Assembly: GCA_030704615.1 (NCBI GenBank)
Contig: CM060734.1
Span: 44,702,001-44,766,000 of the forward strand
DNA from: Takakia lepidozioides
Taxonomy: Eukaryota; Plantae; Bryophyta
Direction of reading: 5' to 3'
Length of the DNA stretch: 64,000 nucleotides
Below are positions 50,275 through 62,030 of the stretch, one piece after another. The notes below the pieces were generated by a model that had not been told where the DNA came from, made no database searches, and saw nothing but the letters and a program-made list of their open reading frames with translations. Positions within the stretch are counted from its first letter, which is position 1; each line of letters opens with the position of its first letter. Position numbers and translations under genes: made by a program.

Positions 50275-52202
50275 GCTGCCAATACAAGATGCAAGAGTGC
50301 TGGAAGTGTAGTTATATTTGCTGATGTGTGGTGCTCCTCCCTCCTTAGCGTGTATCATGTACATTGAATGTAGAGTCTTCTCCTTGAAGCTAGCTTGACT
50401 GACATCATCATTGCGACGTCTCATTGATGTGTAGCTCGGGGCTTAGCTGGATATCGTTGATGAAACGTTTGGACTTTGTCAGAGGCATTGGCGAGGTTGG
50501 ATGAAGGTTCCCACATTCGTTCGCTGATGTCGTAGCCTTTCCGATGTACGAAATACTCAAGTCGTTTATACTTGATGCGAGAGTCTAGGACTTCGTCGAC
50601 TTCATACTCAATTTCTTGATTGACTTCGATTGGTGGAGGTGGTACGGAAACTCTCCCTGGAATATTCGATGGATGATACAACTCCAATAGTGAAACATGA
50701 AAGACTGGATGAATGCGCATACTTCGTGGGAATTCAAGCCGAAAACTGACCGGATTTATTTGTCGAATAATTTTGAATGGTCCCAGGCGTTAATAATCCA
50801 ACTTCTTTGATGGTCGCGAGGTTTGTATGTCCCGTTGAAGAAGCCACACACGATCTCCGACCTTGAACTGGGGTTGGAGTTGGCGACGTTGATCTGCATA
50901 CTCCTTGTATTGTTTTTGAGCTTCTGCGAGGTGGGGTGTAAGCTCCTTGTGAATCGTAACAAGATGAGTAGCAAGGTTTTCTGTAGCAGGGCTTCCAGCA
51001 GTCTTCATGTGGAAAGGGTTTGCTCGAGGATGATGACCATAATTGGAGAAAAATTGAGTTTGCTGGGTCGAAGAATGTATAGTGTTGTTGTAGGCAAACT
51101 CAACCAATGACAGAAGGTCAGTTCAATTATCTTGGTGATAATTTATCGTACAGCGAAGATACTGCTCCAAAATGTGGTTTACATGTTCGGTTTGATCATC
51201 AGTCTATGGATGATTAGCTGTAGAAAGGTTGATCTTAGTATCCAATATGTGAAATAATCCCCTCCAGAAATTTGATATGAGCTGTGGTCCTCGATCAGAT
51301 ACGATGTCATTCGGGAGTCCATGAATGCGGTAGATATTATTGAGGAAGAGTCTTGCAGTTTCTTCGCCGGTAACTGTCTTATTACATGGAATGAAATGTG
51401 TCATCTTCGTAAAACGATCTACAATAACAAGGATTGAATCGGTGGTCTTGGAAATTGGAAGGTCCGTAATAAAGTCCATAGACACCGATGACCATGGACC
51501 CTTGGGACTGGGTAATGGTTGAAGAAGGCTGTAAGGTCGATGTCGTGGTCCCTTCGCTCTAGCACACGTGTCACAAGATTTTATGAATTATTTCACGAGT
51601 TTCCACATCTGCGGCCACCAATAGTCCCTGGATATCAACTCCAATGTTTTGTTGAAGCCGAAATGTCCTGCAGCCGGAAGATCATGACATGTTTGAAGAA
51701 TTTGAAGTCGTATAGGTCCTGGAGGTACATAGAGAAGTCCCTTAAAGTAAAGTAAGCCAGCTTTGAATTCGAAGTCCTTTGTAACATGTGGGTTGTCTCG
51801 AGGTTGATTTAGTTGACTTCATAGTGTCGTAGCAAAATGGTCGCTCTTCAGTGCTTCCTGAATCTCTTTTACGATCTTTGCATCGTCATAGGTGGACATT
51901 GACAACATATTCAATTGGAGATTTGCTGGTTTCAGGATCATGGATTGTTGTTGGTCAAAAGCTGCATCCTATTCTTTTGGCGCAAGATATGATCGTCGAG
52001 AGAGAGCATCTGGTTTTCCTTGAAGATGTCCGGGACGCTAGGTAATAACAAAATCAAACCTTGCTAGTGACATACTCCATCTCGCTTGACGTCGATTCAA
52101 AATACGAACACTCATAAAATATTCGAGGTTTTTGTGATCGGTATAGACAGTGACCTGATGTTTAGCTCCCTCCAATAGATGTCGCCACTCCTCAAAGACA
52201 TC

Positions 52203-54365
52203 AATAATCGCTAGAAGTTTTTTGTCATGGATTTCATAATTGATCTCCGCAGCGTAAAATTTACGAGAACGAAAACCAACATGGTGAAGTCGGTCATCTG
52301 TACCTTATTGAGATAGTACCGCGCCAAGTGCAAAGTCCGATGCATCTGCTTCTAAGAAGAACGGTTTAGATGGGTCTGCATGTACCAGTATGGGAGCCGT
52401 TGTAAATGTCTGCTTCAGTCTTTCAAATGCCTAGTCAGCCTTCTCGTCCCATACAAATTTGTCCTTCTCTGTGAGTCGTGTCAATGGTGCAGCAATTTTG
52501 GAGTAGTCATTGATGAAGATTCTATAGAAATTTGCAAAGCCCAGAAAATATTGTACAGCTCGGACCAAAGTTCGTTTAATCCACTCGATGATGGTTTGTA
52601 TTTTGTTCTGATCCATAAAGACGCATTTGTCGAAAATAATGTAGCCCAGAAATTCGACCTCAAATTGATGAAAAATACATTTCTCCAACTTGGCATATAG
52701 TCTTTTTTCTCTTAATTTATCAAGGACAAGACGTACATGGCGGCCATGTTCTTCTTCATTCTGTGAAAATATCAAAATGTCGTCCAAATAGATGACTACA
52801 AAGTCATGTAAAAATTCTCGAAAGATGTCATTCATCATATGTTGGAAAATTGCTGGAGCATTTGTAAAACCGAAAGGCATAACACTGTATTCAAAATGTC
52901 TATACTTTGTTCGAAAATTTGTTTTCCATTCGTCTCATTCTTTTATCCGTACAAGGTTATAGGCTCTTCTCAAGTCGATTTTGGTGAAAATCTTCGCTCA
53001 TCCCATCTGGTCGAGAAGCCCAGAAATCAGCGGCAACGGATAACGATTCTTGATTGTGACTTTGTTGAGACCGCGATAGTCGATACACATGCGTAATGAT
53101 CCGTCCTTCTTTTTCACAAACAAGATAGGCGCCCCCGCGGGGATTTTGAATGTCGGATGAAGTGCTTCAATAAATTTTCATCAATGTATTCACGTAATGC
53201 AGCCAATTCCGTCTGGGATAAGTTATATATTGGGCCGAATGGTGGTTGGGCTCCTTCTTGTAACTCAATTGCACATTCATAAGGTCAATGATCGTTAAAA
53301 GTTCTTTGTCATAGATTTCATAATTGACCTCTGCAGCGGAAAATTCGCGAGAACAAAAACCAACAGGGTGAAGTCGGTCATCCGTACCGTATTGAGAGAG
53401 TATAGCGCCAAGTGCAAAGTCCAATGCATCTGCTTCCAAAAAGAAGGGTTTAGATGGGTCTGCATGTACCAGTATGGGAGCCGTTGTAAATGCCTGCTTC
53501 AGTCTTTCAAATGCCTGGTCAACCTTCTCGTCCCATACAAATTTGTCCTTCTCTGTGAGTCGTGTCAATGGTGCAGCAATTTTGGAGTAGTCATTGATAA
53601 AGATTCTATAGAAATTTACAAAGCCCAGAAAATATTGTACATCTCGGACCGAAGTTCGTTTAATCCACTCGATGATGGTTTGTATTTTGTTCTGATCCAT
53701 AAAGACATTTTTGTCGAAAATAATGTAGCCCAGAAATTCGACCTCAAATTGATGAAAAAGACATTTCTCCAACTTGACATATAGTCTTTTTTCTCTTAAT
53801 TTATCAAGGACAAGACGTACATGGCGGCCATGTTCTTCTTCATTATGTGAAAATATCAAAATGTCGTCCAAATAGATGACTACAAAGTCATGTAAAAATT
53901 CTCGAAAGATGTCATTCATCATATGTTGGAAAATTGCTGGAGCATTTGTAAGACCGAAAGGCATAACACTGTATTCAGAATGTCCATACCTTGTTCGAAA
54001 AGTTGTTTTTCAATCGTCTCCTTCTTTTATCCATACAAGGTTATAAACTCCTCTCAAGTCAATTTTGGTGAAAATCTTTGCTCGTCCCAGCTGGTCGAGA
54101 AGCCCAGAAATCAGCGACAACGGATAACGATTCTTGATTGTGACTTTGTTGAGACCGCGATAGTCAACACACATGCGTAATGATCCGTCCTTCTTTTTCA
54201 CAAACAAGATAAGCGCCCCCGCGGGGATTTTGAATGTCGGATGAAGTGTTTCGACAAATTTTCATCAATGTATTCACGTAGCCAACTCTGTCTGGGATAA
54301 GTTATATATTGGGCCGAATGGTGGTTGGGCTCATTCTTGTAACTCAATTGTACAGTCATAAGGTC
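52203..54365 (-). repeat. ~1.08-kb tandem duplication of RT-RNase H
   Basis: Period of 1079 bp (CATAAGGTC near 53278 and 54357); junction at about 53285. Confidence 0.92.
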
Positions 54366-54890
54366 GATGTTCTGGCAATATGTCTGCATTTTTCTTCTCG
54401 AAGACATCTTTGAAATCTTGATATTGAGCGGGTAATGTTGAAGTACCTTTGTCTGTTGTGGTCTTGATCGGAGTCGCATAAAGTGCAAATGTCGCCTCCT
54501 TTTTTGTAGCTCTCACGAAAACTCTAGCTCCAAGGAATAGGGGTTGAATACCTTTGATATTTTTCTACATTTTTGTCTTGTAGAAATTTTTCGCGATCAC
54601 CAGTCGATGTCGGGATTGTGAAGTACAAACTAGGGAAGTCCAATGATCACAGGATTCGTTGGAGACTGGATGACATTGAAAACAATATGTGATGTTTGAT
54701 CTTTAAGCTTCACTTCAAGTGGTCGAGTTTCATGGTCCACATTTCCTGATGCTAATGGTCGTCCATCGATGACTTCAACGGGGGCCGAGAGTTTCTTCTT
54801 TACGAGTGTTAAATTGTTTTGTTTCGCAAAGTTTTTGTCCATAAAACAAGCTGAAGCTCCTCGTATCGTATCGAAATGGCCTTGTCGCCA

Positions 54891-55643
54891 TCATGTTTCA
54901 TTTGTTTTTCCTGTAGTGTTCATGACAGTGGATGATGTCACACCACAAAGGGGTCCATGTTTAGCTGGAGGGGTATCATTTTCATCACCTGACAACTCCA
55001 TCTCAGGTGTACCATTAATATCCACCTCGGGCAAGTCATCAACTGGTGTGAAAAGATCGTGTGGATCATCACCTATGCCCATTCAAACAATTGAATATCA
55101 AAATAAATGTGAAAGCAAAGCAATCACCAAGCCTATCTATCCAATTTTGAGCAATGTCAAAAGCACTTGAAGGTTGAGGAGTAAAAACATACTTGAAGAA
55201 CAATTCTCCGTTTGAGTTACTCATAGAATTAATTGTTGTAGAGTCATAACATGCACATCCTTTGGGTCAACCTCTTGCCTTTGAGGAAGCCAATCTTCCA
55301 TCTTCCTATACAGCTCTTATGGAAATGAAGTTGGCAATCCTTTTCTTCGTCTTTCTTGAGTAGTCATCTCATAGTATAAAAGGTGACCAAATGGAACATC
55401 TTTGTCGTAGTCGTACACCTTGTTCCAGTCACCAAATAACTTCTCCCATTTTTTCTTACATAGCCCTGGATCTCGGATTGGATTCACAATACCCTCAGTC
55501 TCAATCCATTTTGCAATCAATTTCCACTTCTCCTTTCCCCATGCCATTTTCTTTTGCATGCTAACCCCACAGTGAATCCGCTCCCACTCATTTTTCTTTG
55601 CAGCAATTAAGATTTTTAGTTCAGACAAGGTCCATTCACACAA
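54891..55643 (-). pseudogene. Myb/SANT-like (trihelix-type) DNA-binding protein relic, possibly a TE-associated ORF
   Basis: WTLSELKILIAAK...KWKLIA...RDPGLCKKKWEKLFGDWNKVYDY...YYEMTTQERRRKGLP; premature stop; probable intron near 55090-55192. Confidence 0.7.
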
Positions 55644-57317
55644 CCTCGCTCTTGTTGCTTTAGGAGTAGGAGGTTGAGATAAAGCTTAAGATTGCTCGAA
55701 GCACTCAAAAATCCTTTAACATTCTTCTCCGACAGATCCCATGTAGAAAAATCTAAACCATGAATTACAATGCAAGTTTTATCACCAATAACTGACCGAC
55801 TCACCTACACTGAAAGAGTTGGTAATAAACTGAAATCCACACCCTAAACCATAATGTTGGAATGAAAAAGCAGGGGAAATGATTGCGTTCTTGTTTCGGC
55901 TACAAAACTAGAAATTTGAATTAAACAACATCACAATGGTTGAGACTCAGATGGATCTTCACAAGATTTGTGAACGAGCAACAGAATCTCTCGCTTCACT
56001 GACAAACATCAACGCCAGCCACACTTCGATTTCTTCCTTCTACGAACAACGTTTCCTTTTCCTTCTTTCTTTTCCATTTTCTTTCTCTTCCCTCTCGTGA
56101 ACATGTCTCATATTCTTGGATGAAAGACAATGGCGTTCTGCAAGGCTGCGGGCTCCGCTATAAAAAAAAAAAACAGACTACCTATCAAGGGGTGTTGCGA
56201 AACTCAATTGAACCTTGTGAATAGACGTCTTTTTTGCGCCGCTTCGTAAGGGGCAATTTAGTTGGCCCTTAGAAAATATTCTATTTCGACCAATAGCGCC
56301 TCGTTAATCCTGGGGCGATTCATGTAAGGGCGCTGGCAGCTGCCCATGGAACCCGACCCTTAGCTATCTTTGTTCAAGGGTTCACATTTGCATGCAGCTA
56401 CGTTAACTTATCATTATTAAAAGTTAGTCAGCAGCAATATCTTCACACATGATATCCACATACCGAATGAAACCTCCTCTAATATCGTGTCATTGTCTTG
56501 TAACTTTCCTCTTTCTTCCCCGCCCGATTGTCTCTTTGCTCCTCTACTGCTCGTCTGTCTCTCTCTCATTTCCATGGTCGTTGAGATGTGATGTGTCTCG
56601 GAGCAACTTCTCTCTCATTTTTTGCATCTTTTTTTTTGTCCAGTTTCTCTTGCTTTTATGATCTTGTAAACACCAAACAATTTTGTCACTTCTCCTTATA
56701 GCCCTCCCAACTTCCGATAGTTGCAATAAAGCCTTTAAATAGCATCATCGCTAAAATCTTTTTCTACATTTTTATAGTCGTTTCCATTTTGTCTCTAGGA
56801 TTTGTAGTTGCTTGTTGTCTTTCCCATTCAGCACGGGTCTTTTGTGATAAAGACCCGTGATTTAAGCATCTGTCCAATTATTGTTCTTTGTTTCCTTCAT
56901 TTGTCAATGCATCTTATAGCATGAAATCATAGGAATTGTTAGATCATGTCATGTTATAGGGAATATACAATGTAGAGTACAAGACATACCCTAGCGATCC
57001 AATAGATAAAAAGAAATGATGAAGGATTTTGGGGTGTCAAAGACAACTGTCCCATCAAATTTCAATTTGACATATCTTCGTAGCTCATAAGCTCGCAGAT
57101 AACAAAAGACAATGTCGTAGTAGAGAAATAGACAAATGTAGGTAGTGATAAAAACGTGTGACAAAATTAGTAGACGTCTGTTTCTCAAAACTTATGATCT
57201 GATTGCGATGTTACCCCTCTAGTTCCCTATCGTAGCAATGTTGGAAACTCAAATGTTGGCCATTTGTATGATTAGAAGGGTTACGATTAAGGCCTTATGT
57301 TGCCTTATGTTTCATCA

Positions 57318-57600
57318 TTCATAGTGAACAAGTGTCTTTGCATTATGATGTGATGTCACAGACATCATGACGTGCATCCTACCGAACTTAAGCGACAACC
57401 ATTCTTGTAATGGATATTACCCTTCCAAATTTGTTAGTTATATCACCTTCAATACCTCCCACTTTAGCCATATGTTTCAATCAACCTCGAATGATGTTTA
57501 CACCATCACCGACATCATTTTTAAACCATACTGCTGACCTAACATTTGTTATGGGTGACTGGAAAAGATGAGTTTCTGGTTCATAACCTGGAGGCATGTG
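57318..57600 (-). pseudogene. Crypton/DUF3504-like tyrosine recombinase C-terminal relic
   Basis: Manual translation: HMPPGYEPETHLFQSPITNVRSAVWFKNDVGDGVNIIRG*LKHMAKVGGIEGDITNKFGRVISITRM...(frameshift)VMMSVTSHHNAKTLVHY. Confidence 0.7.
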
Positions 57601-59265
57601 CTCCTCAATAGTGCATCATGGGCGATCAGAACGTCGCATCGAACGAGTAACTAGGAGGCCTACAACATTGCTCATCTTAAAACCTCTTCAGAGTAACATT
57701 GATTATTGGATAGTCTTTCATCATATTTGCACAATACGACAAAAATATTAGTCTTTCACCTAATAAATGAACATTACACAAACTCATATAAAGAAACATT
57801 ATCGTTAAGTAATCTACTTTGAAAAATTATATTGTGGGTACAACTAAATTTCCAAATGGCTCATAATGGAAAAAAGGGTTATTTTCTTCCCTCCTCCAAG
57901 GGCCTGAATTGTGAGTTGTCACTTCCATATAAGAGAAGAAAAAAAAACTAAAGTAGATTTTCTTTTGTTAAAATTATTTGGTTGTAACGTCTATTTTAAG
58001 GAAAAACCATGGCCTGTTCAATTTCTTGACATGGAAAAAAACAAGTGACTCGTCGCATAATAGCTCCGCCTAGTTGAGATACGTAGTAAGGAATATAATT
58101 AAAAGCAACAAATACAGGTTTATGGTCCGTCCAATATGCATCGGTAATATCAAATATGCAATGTTGGTAAGGTGCATTTGTTCAAATAGAACCATAAATC
58201 GTAGTACTTATAATATTTGTGAATTGGAGTTGCATGTGAAAAGAAGTCATTAATAAGAAAAAAATATTTTTTTTAATAAATTATTGCTTTATAAAATATC
58301 CATATTAAAATCTCATGACATAATGTAATTTTTTGATTAAAAAATAAAATTATATATATATATATATATATATTGCATTCAAATTACATCTATATTTTGA
58401 TATAGATGATATTATATATAATATATATTATAAGACTAAGAACTCTATATCCAATAAAATATAAAATATTACATAGTGAACATAAAACAATAGAAATTAT
58501 GTAACTTGAGGATGTAAAGGAATCAGAAGGGACCCAAAATCTGGGAAGAACTTGACTTTGTGGAAAGTGGTAAAAACGTGGATACTAATGCACCAACCTA
58601 CATTAGTGCTTTAGTGAGCAAGGAAACTGGTCTTGGGCGACTCCCCAAAATAACAACAAAACATTCAATCAAAAATGCTAAAGGTAACCAACGCAAGAGA
58701 GCAAAAAAAAGATAAAGTCGAACTTAAAGCGTTTAAATTGAATATTACTCAGACTGAAAATATATAAAATATATTATCAAAATCGCTGATACGATAAATA
58801 GTTGAATGAATTTGATAAAGGATTTACTGGGAAGGTGCATTCAATGCAGGTTTTATCTAGGAAGTTGTAACATGGATTTACATCTTGGTGAGTGGGATTT
58901 GAACCCACTAGCCTGCCCCAACTAATAACTCATGCATGAACACAAGTGGGGAGGTCTACCTCCTACATTAATCCCCCCTTGTGTGCACCCCCGCTTGGTG
59001 AGGGGACTAACTTCATCTACACAAAATTCTACATATAACAATCTGAATATTAGCCTATCATATAATATTATCGCGTCTACATAGTGCAGCAGAACTCCCA
59101 ACCAAATCTGATCAAGTTCTAGTAAACAACGCTGGTCTGGTTTCATGCTAATTAGATCTGATGAAAATCCAGCGCACTACGGTTGTGCGGTTTCATGGTA
59201 ACTAGATTTGATAAAATTTCAACTTCACAATTTAGCATGTTGTTTCATGCTAATTGACCTACCTA

Positions 59266-59843
59266 TTAATCCTCCCTAGCGTCCCCACACTCACTTTGTC
59301 TACGCCATCCTGCAATGCAATCCACATCAGTTCAGCGAACAACTTCGCCTAACATACAACACATTATCCCTGTTCTACCCAAGCGTTGGTTAGTACATAT
59401 CATTGAAAAATGCGCCAAACACCAAGCATACAACGGTATTGACAACTACAGTCAGCACAATTTCATATGTGTACCATAGTGCAGATACATCCTCCAAGTC
59501 ACTACAACAGCCAACAACACACAAGACAACATAAGAGGTAAAAATCTAAGCAAGTGAAACGCACATGTACTCATAGAGGGCTATGGTGTTTGACATAACA
59601 CTTGCCTAAACACATTGACACATCCCCACACATGGCACAAAAGTACCTCTGCCGAACACCACACTGGATACATTTCCTCCTCTTAGATGACTTGCTTGAA
59701 TAGTGAAGGCCCCTTGGGTTTGGAACTACTTCCCCTTCCAAACTTGTTCTCATGGGACCAACCCATCCAACAATGAGATCATCTGTCACTTCAAGGTTGA
59801 ACAACGTCAAATGAGATCGTGGCTTCTTACCCTTGCATTTCAT
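59266..59843 (-). mobile_element. piggyBac-like transposase C-terminal Cys-rich domain and possible TTAA end
   Basis: H...RRKCIQC...RYFCAMCGDVSMCLGKCYVKHH*; TTAA at 59266-59269 next to TCCTCCCTAG. Confidence 0.6.
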
Positions 59844-59862
59844 GTAAGCCTAATACAATAAG

Positions 59863-60110
59863 TATGCTTTGAGCACGGGGTGTTTTGTTGGAGGCATTGG
59901 CTACGAAATGAGCCTCTTCTTTGCATCTTTGTGCTGCAGAGTTTTTTCTTCCGATATAAACCCCATACCAGTATATCTAATATTGGAGCTCAAAACTAGG
60001 GAGATCGATACTGCGTACCTGGATATGTCTTCGGAGGATTCTGTACAGAAAGCAATTAAGAGAATAATCGCCAAAGCAGGAAGTATCGATATTTTCGTAC
60101 ACAATGCTCA
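59863..60110 (+). pseudogene. Short-chain dehydrogenase/reductase N-terminal fragment
   Basis: TGCFVGGIGYE (Rossmann Gly motif)...LDMSSEDSVQKAI...GSIDIFVHNA (LDV...NNAG equivalent); truncated. Confidence 0.75.
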
Positions 60111-62030
60111 AGATCCTGAATATGCACTCCAAGATCCCCAAAACAATAAACCCGCCACATTTCAATGTTACTCTCAATATTCCTAATATATATATGACTG
60201 TGCAAATGCAAATGGTGCATAGGTACCTTCACAATGGAACCCAACACCCGAAATTCAGCCATGCTTTGGCCATGATATAGTTGTCCACGAAGCCCATGAA
60301 ATTGTAGTTGTTTTATCATGTAGTATTGTGATGTTGTCTTCAGTCATGTCTACAGCAGTCAAGGCCGCATTGTTCATTGGTTTAGACAAACAAGAATGAG
60401 ATCGACGTATAAATTATGCTAACAATGCTAGCATCCAAAATGAAACATGGTGCCGAAATCGGTTCAACGCTTGGAGGTATCATGAGCAGATGGATACTAC
60501 TCTTGATATTGAATACAATGTCATTTCTTTGGAAAAACTTGGACACATCTTTAACAAAAAAATTCTTGATGGTTTGGAAAGAAAATGGTAAGAGATACCC
60601 TTGTGATAGCATTATGAATCTTTATTGTTTTACAACCGAATACTTATTCAACATCAAGAAAGAATAGACGTTTTACAGAACGGAGTAGAAGAGCAAAGGT
60701 TAACATTCAACGTCATCTTTTTTTCTTGAGAACAAACACTAGAAAATCATAAGATGCTGCTGCAAATAAGGAACGTAGGAATGTATATGGGATTAGTCGT
60801 GAGGGTGAGATAAAGATATTGACTCATCTTCTCTGTCACGTTACCCGCCCCTAAGACATTCAAAAGTGATTTATCTTCTACTGTTTCATTGTGTTTATCA
60901 TTGTCATTGTTGTCATTGTCAATGTTTATTATTGTGTTTACCATCCGTGGGGTTATTTTGCTATACCATCTGCTACTTAGTGACTTTGTACTTGGCACTA
61001 ATGATGGTGAAATATGTTAGTGATATTGATGCCATTATAATTTTTCATAACTGCTAATATCTATTATAATCATGCATGTAGTAAACCTAACAACACAATT
61101 AACCCTAATGTATTGTAGGTCAAGACTCGCATGCATCCTATGTGTTTGTTATAACTATATCGAATTTTATATTTCATCTTTATGTGTATGTGTTCACATT
61201 TTCCACTTATGAAGTTCTCACTTTTTCAAACCTATCATTTGGCTTATCAACATCCAAGCGTACTATGATTTATATTATTATCATGTTGTACGAAACTCTA
61301 CGATACACCACAAAAATCACTCAACATTCAATATTCGATCTTCAAATAGCTATCAATTTTCAAGTGACACATTTTGGACAAATTTTTGAGTACTTTTATT
61401 GGACCAATACACTTATATTTCTTGTTGTGAATTTATAATATCTCATATTGATCATATGTTCTTGTCAATCCAAATTATGTTCACAAGTTGTCCATTTGCA
61501 AATATTTCAGAATCCAGATCCTGTAGTCAAGTAGTATTTTTTTTAAAATACTATCTAGTTGTTCTTGAAGTTGTATCACAACTATCATCGTTCACTTTCT
61601 TTGGACTTATCACTATTTCAATGTATCTCATTAATTTCATTAATCTTGATCTTATCTTCTGATATATTATATCTTTATTATCTTATTTTCTGAGTTTCAA
61701 ACCATTGACTAAAATTATATATCTTTTGATGAAATATATATATTATGAATTCTTGTCATAAAGTATGACATCTAAAATTTGTGTATACCAATTAATAATT
61801 CATAAAAAAACCAACACAAGCTATAAAATTTATAGGTCTTATTTCAAAATAATATTGTTGAGCAATATATAGTTATTTGCCAATATTTCATATAGAATTA
61901 TTATCATAACCATATGTGACATGGTCAAACTATCTTATGAAATGAGGAATATGTTTTAGTCCAACATAAGAGATGCTTGGGATCCGAATTGTATTGAAAT
62001 TTTGATTATATCTCTCATGTAAAATTGCTA

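Larger units (their letters stand above)
49166..54860 (-). mobile_element. Tcn1-like chromovirus (family A, copy 2): PR, duplicated RT/RNase H, IN, chromodomain, extra ORF, PPT, LTR
   Basis: Colinear with 22416-25964 plus 11273-10031; 5'-truncated inside the protease. Confidence 0.92.

Noticed and set aside
58885-58915. tRNA gene (GGGTTCAAATCCC on the minus strand)
   Set aside because: Only a T-arm/B-box; no D arm or anticodon arm. At most a SINE remnant.
62020-62030. AAAATTG as a giant-virus early promoter before the Cys/His ORF
   Set aside because: Imperfect match, expected by chance at this AT content; no viral hallmark genes seen.
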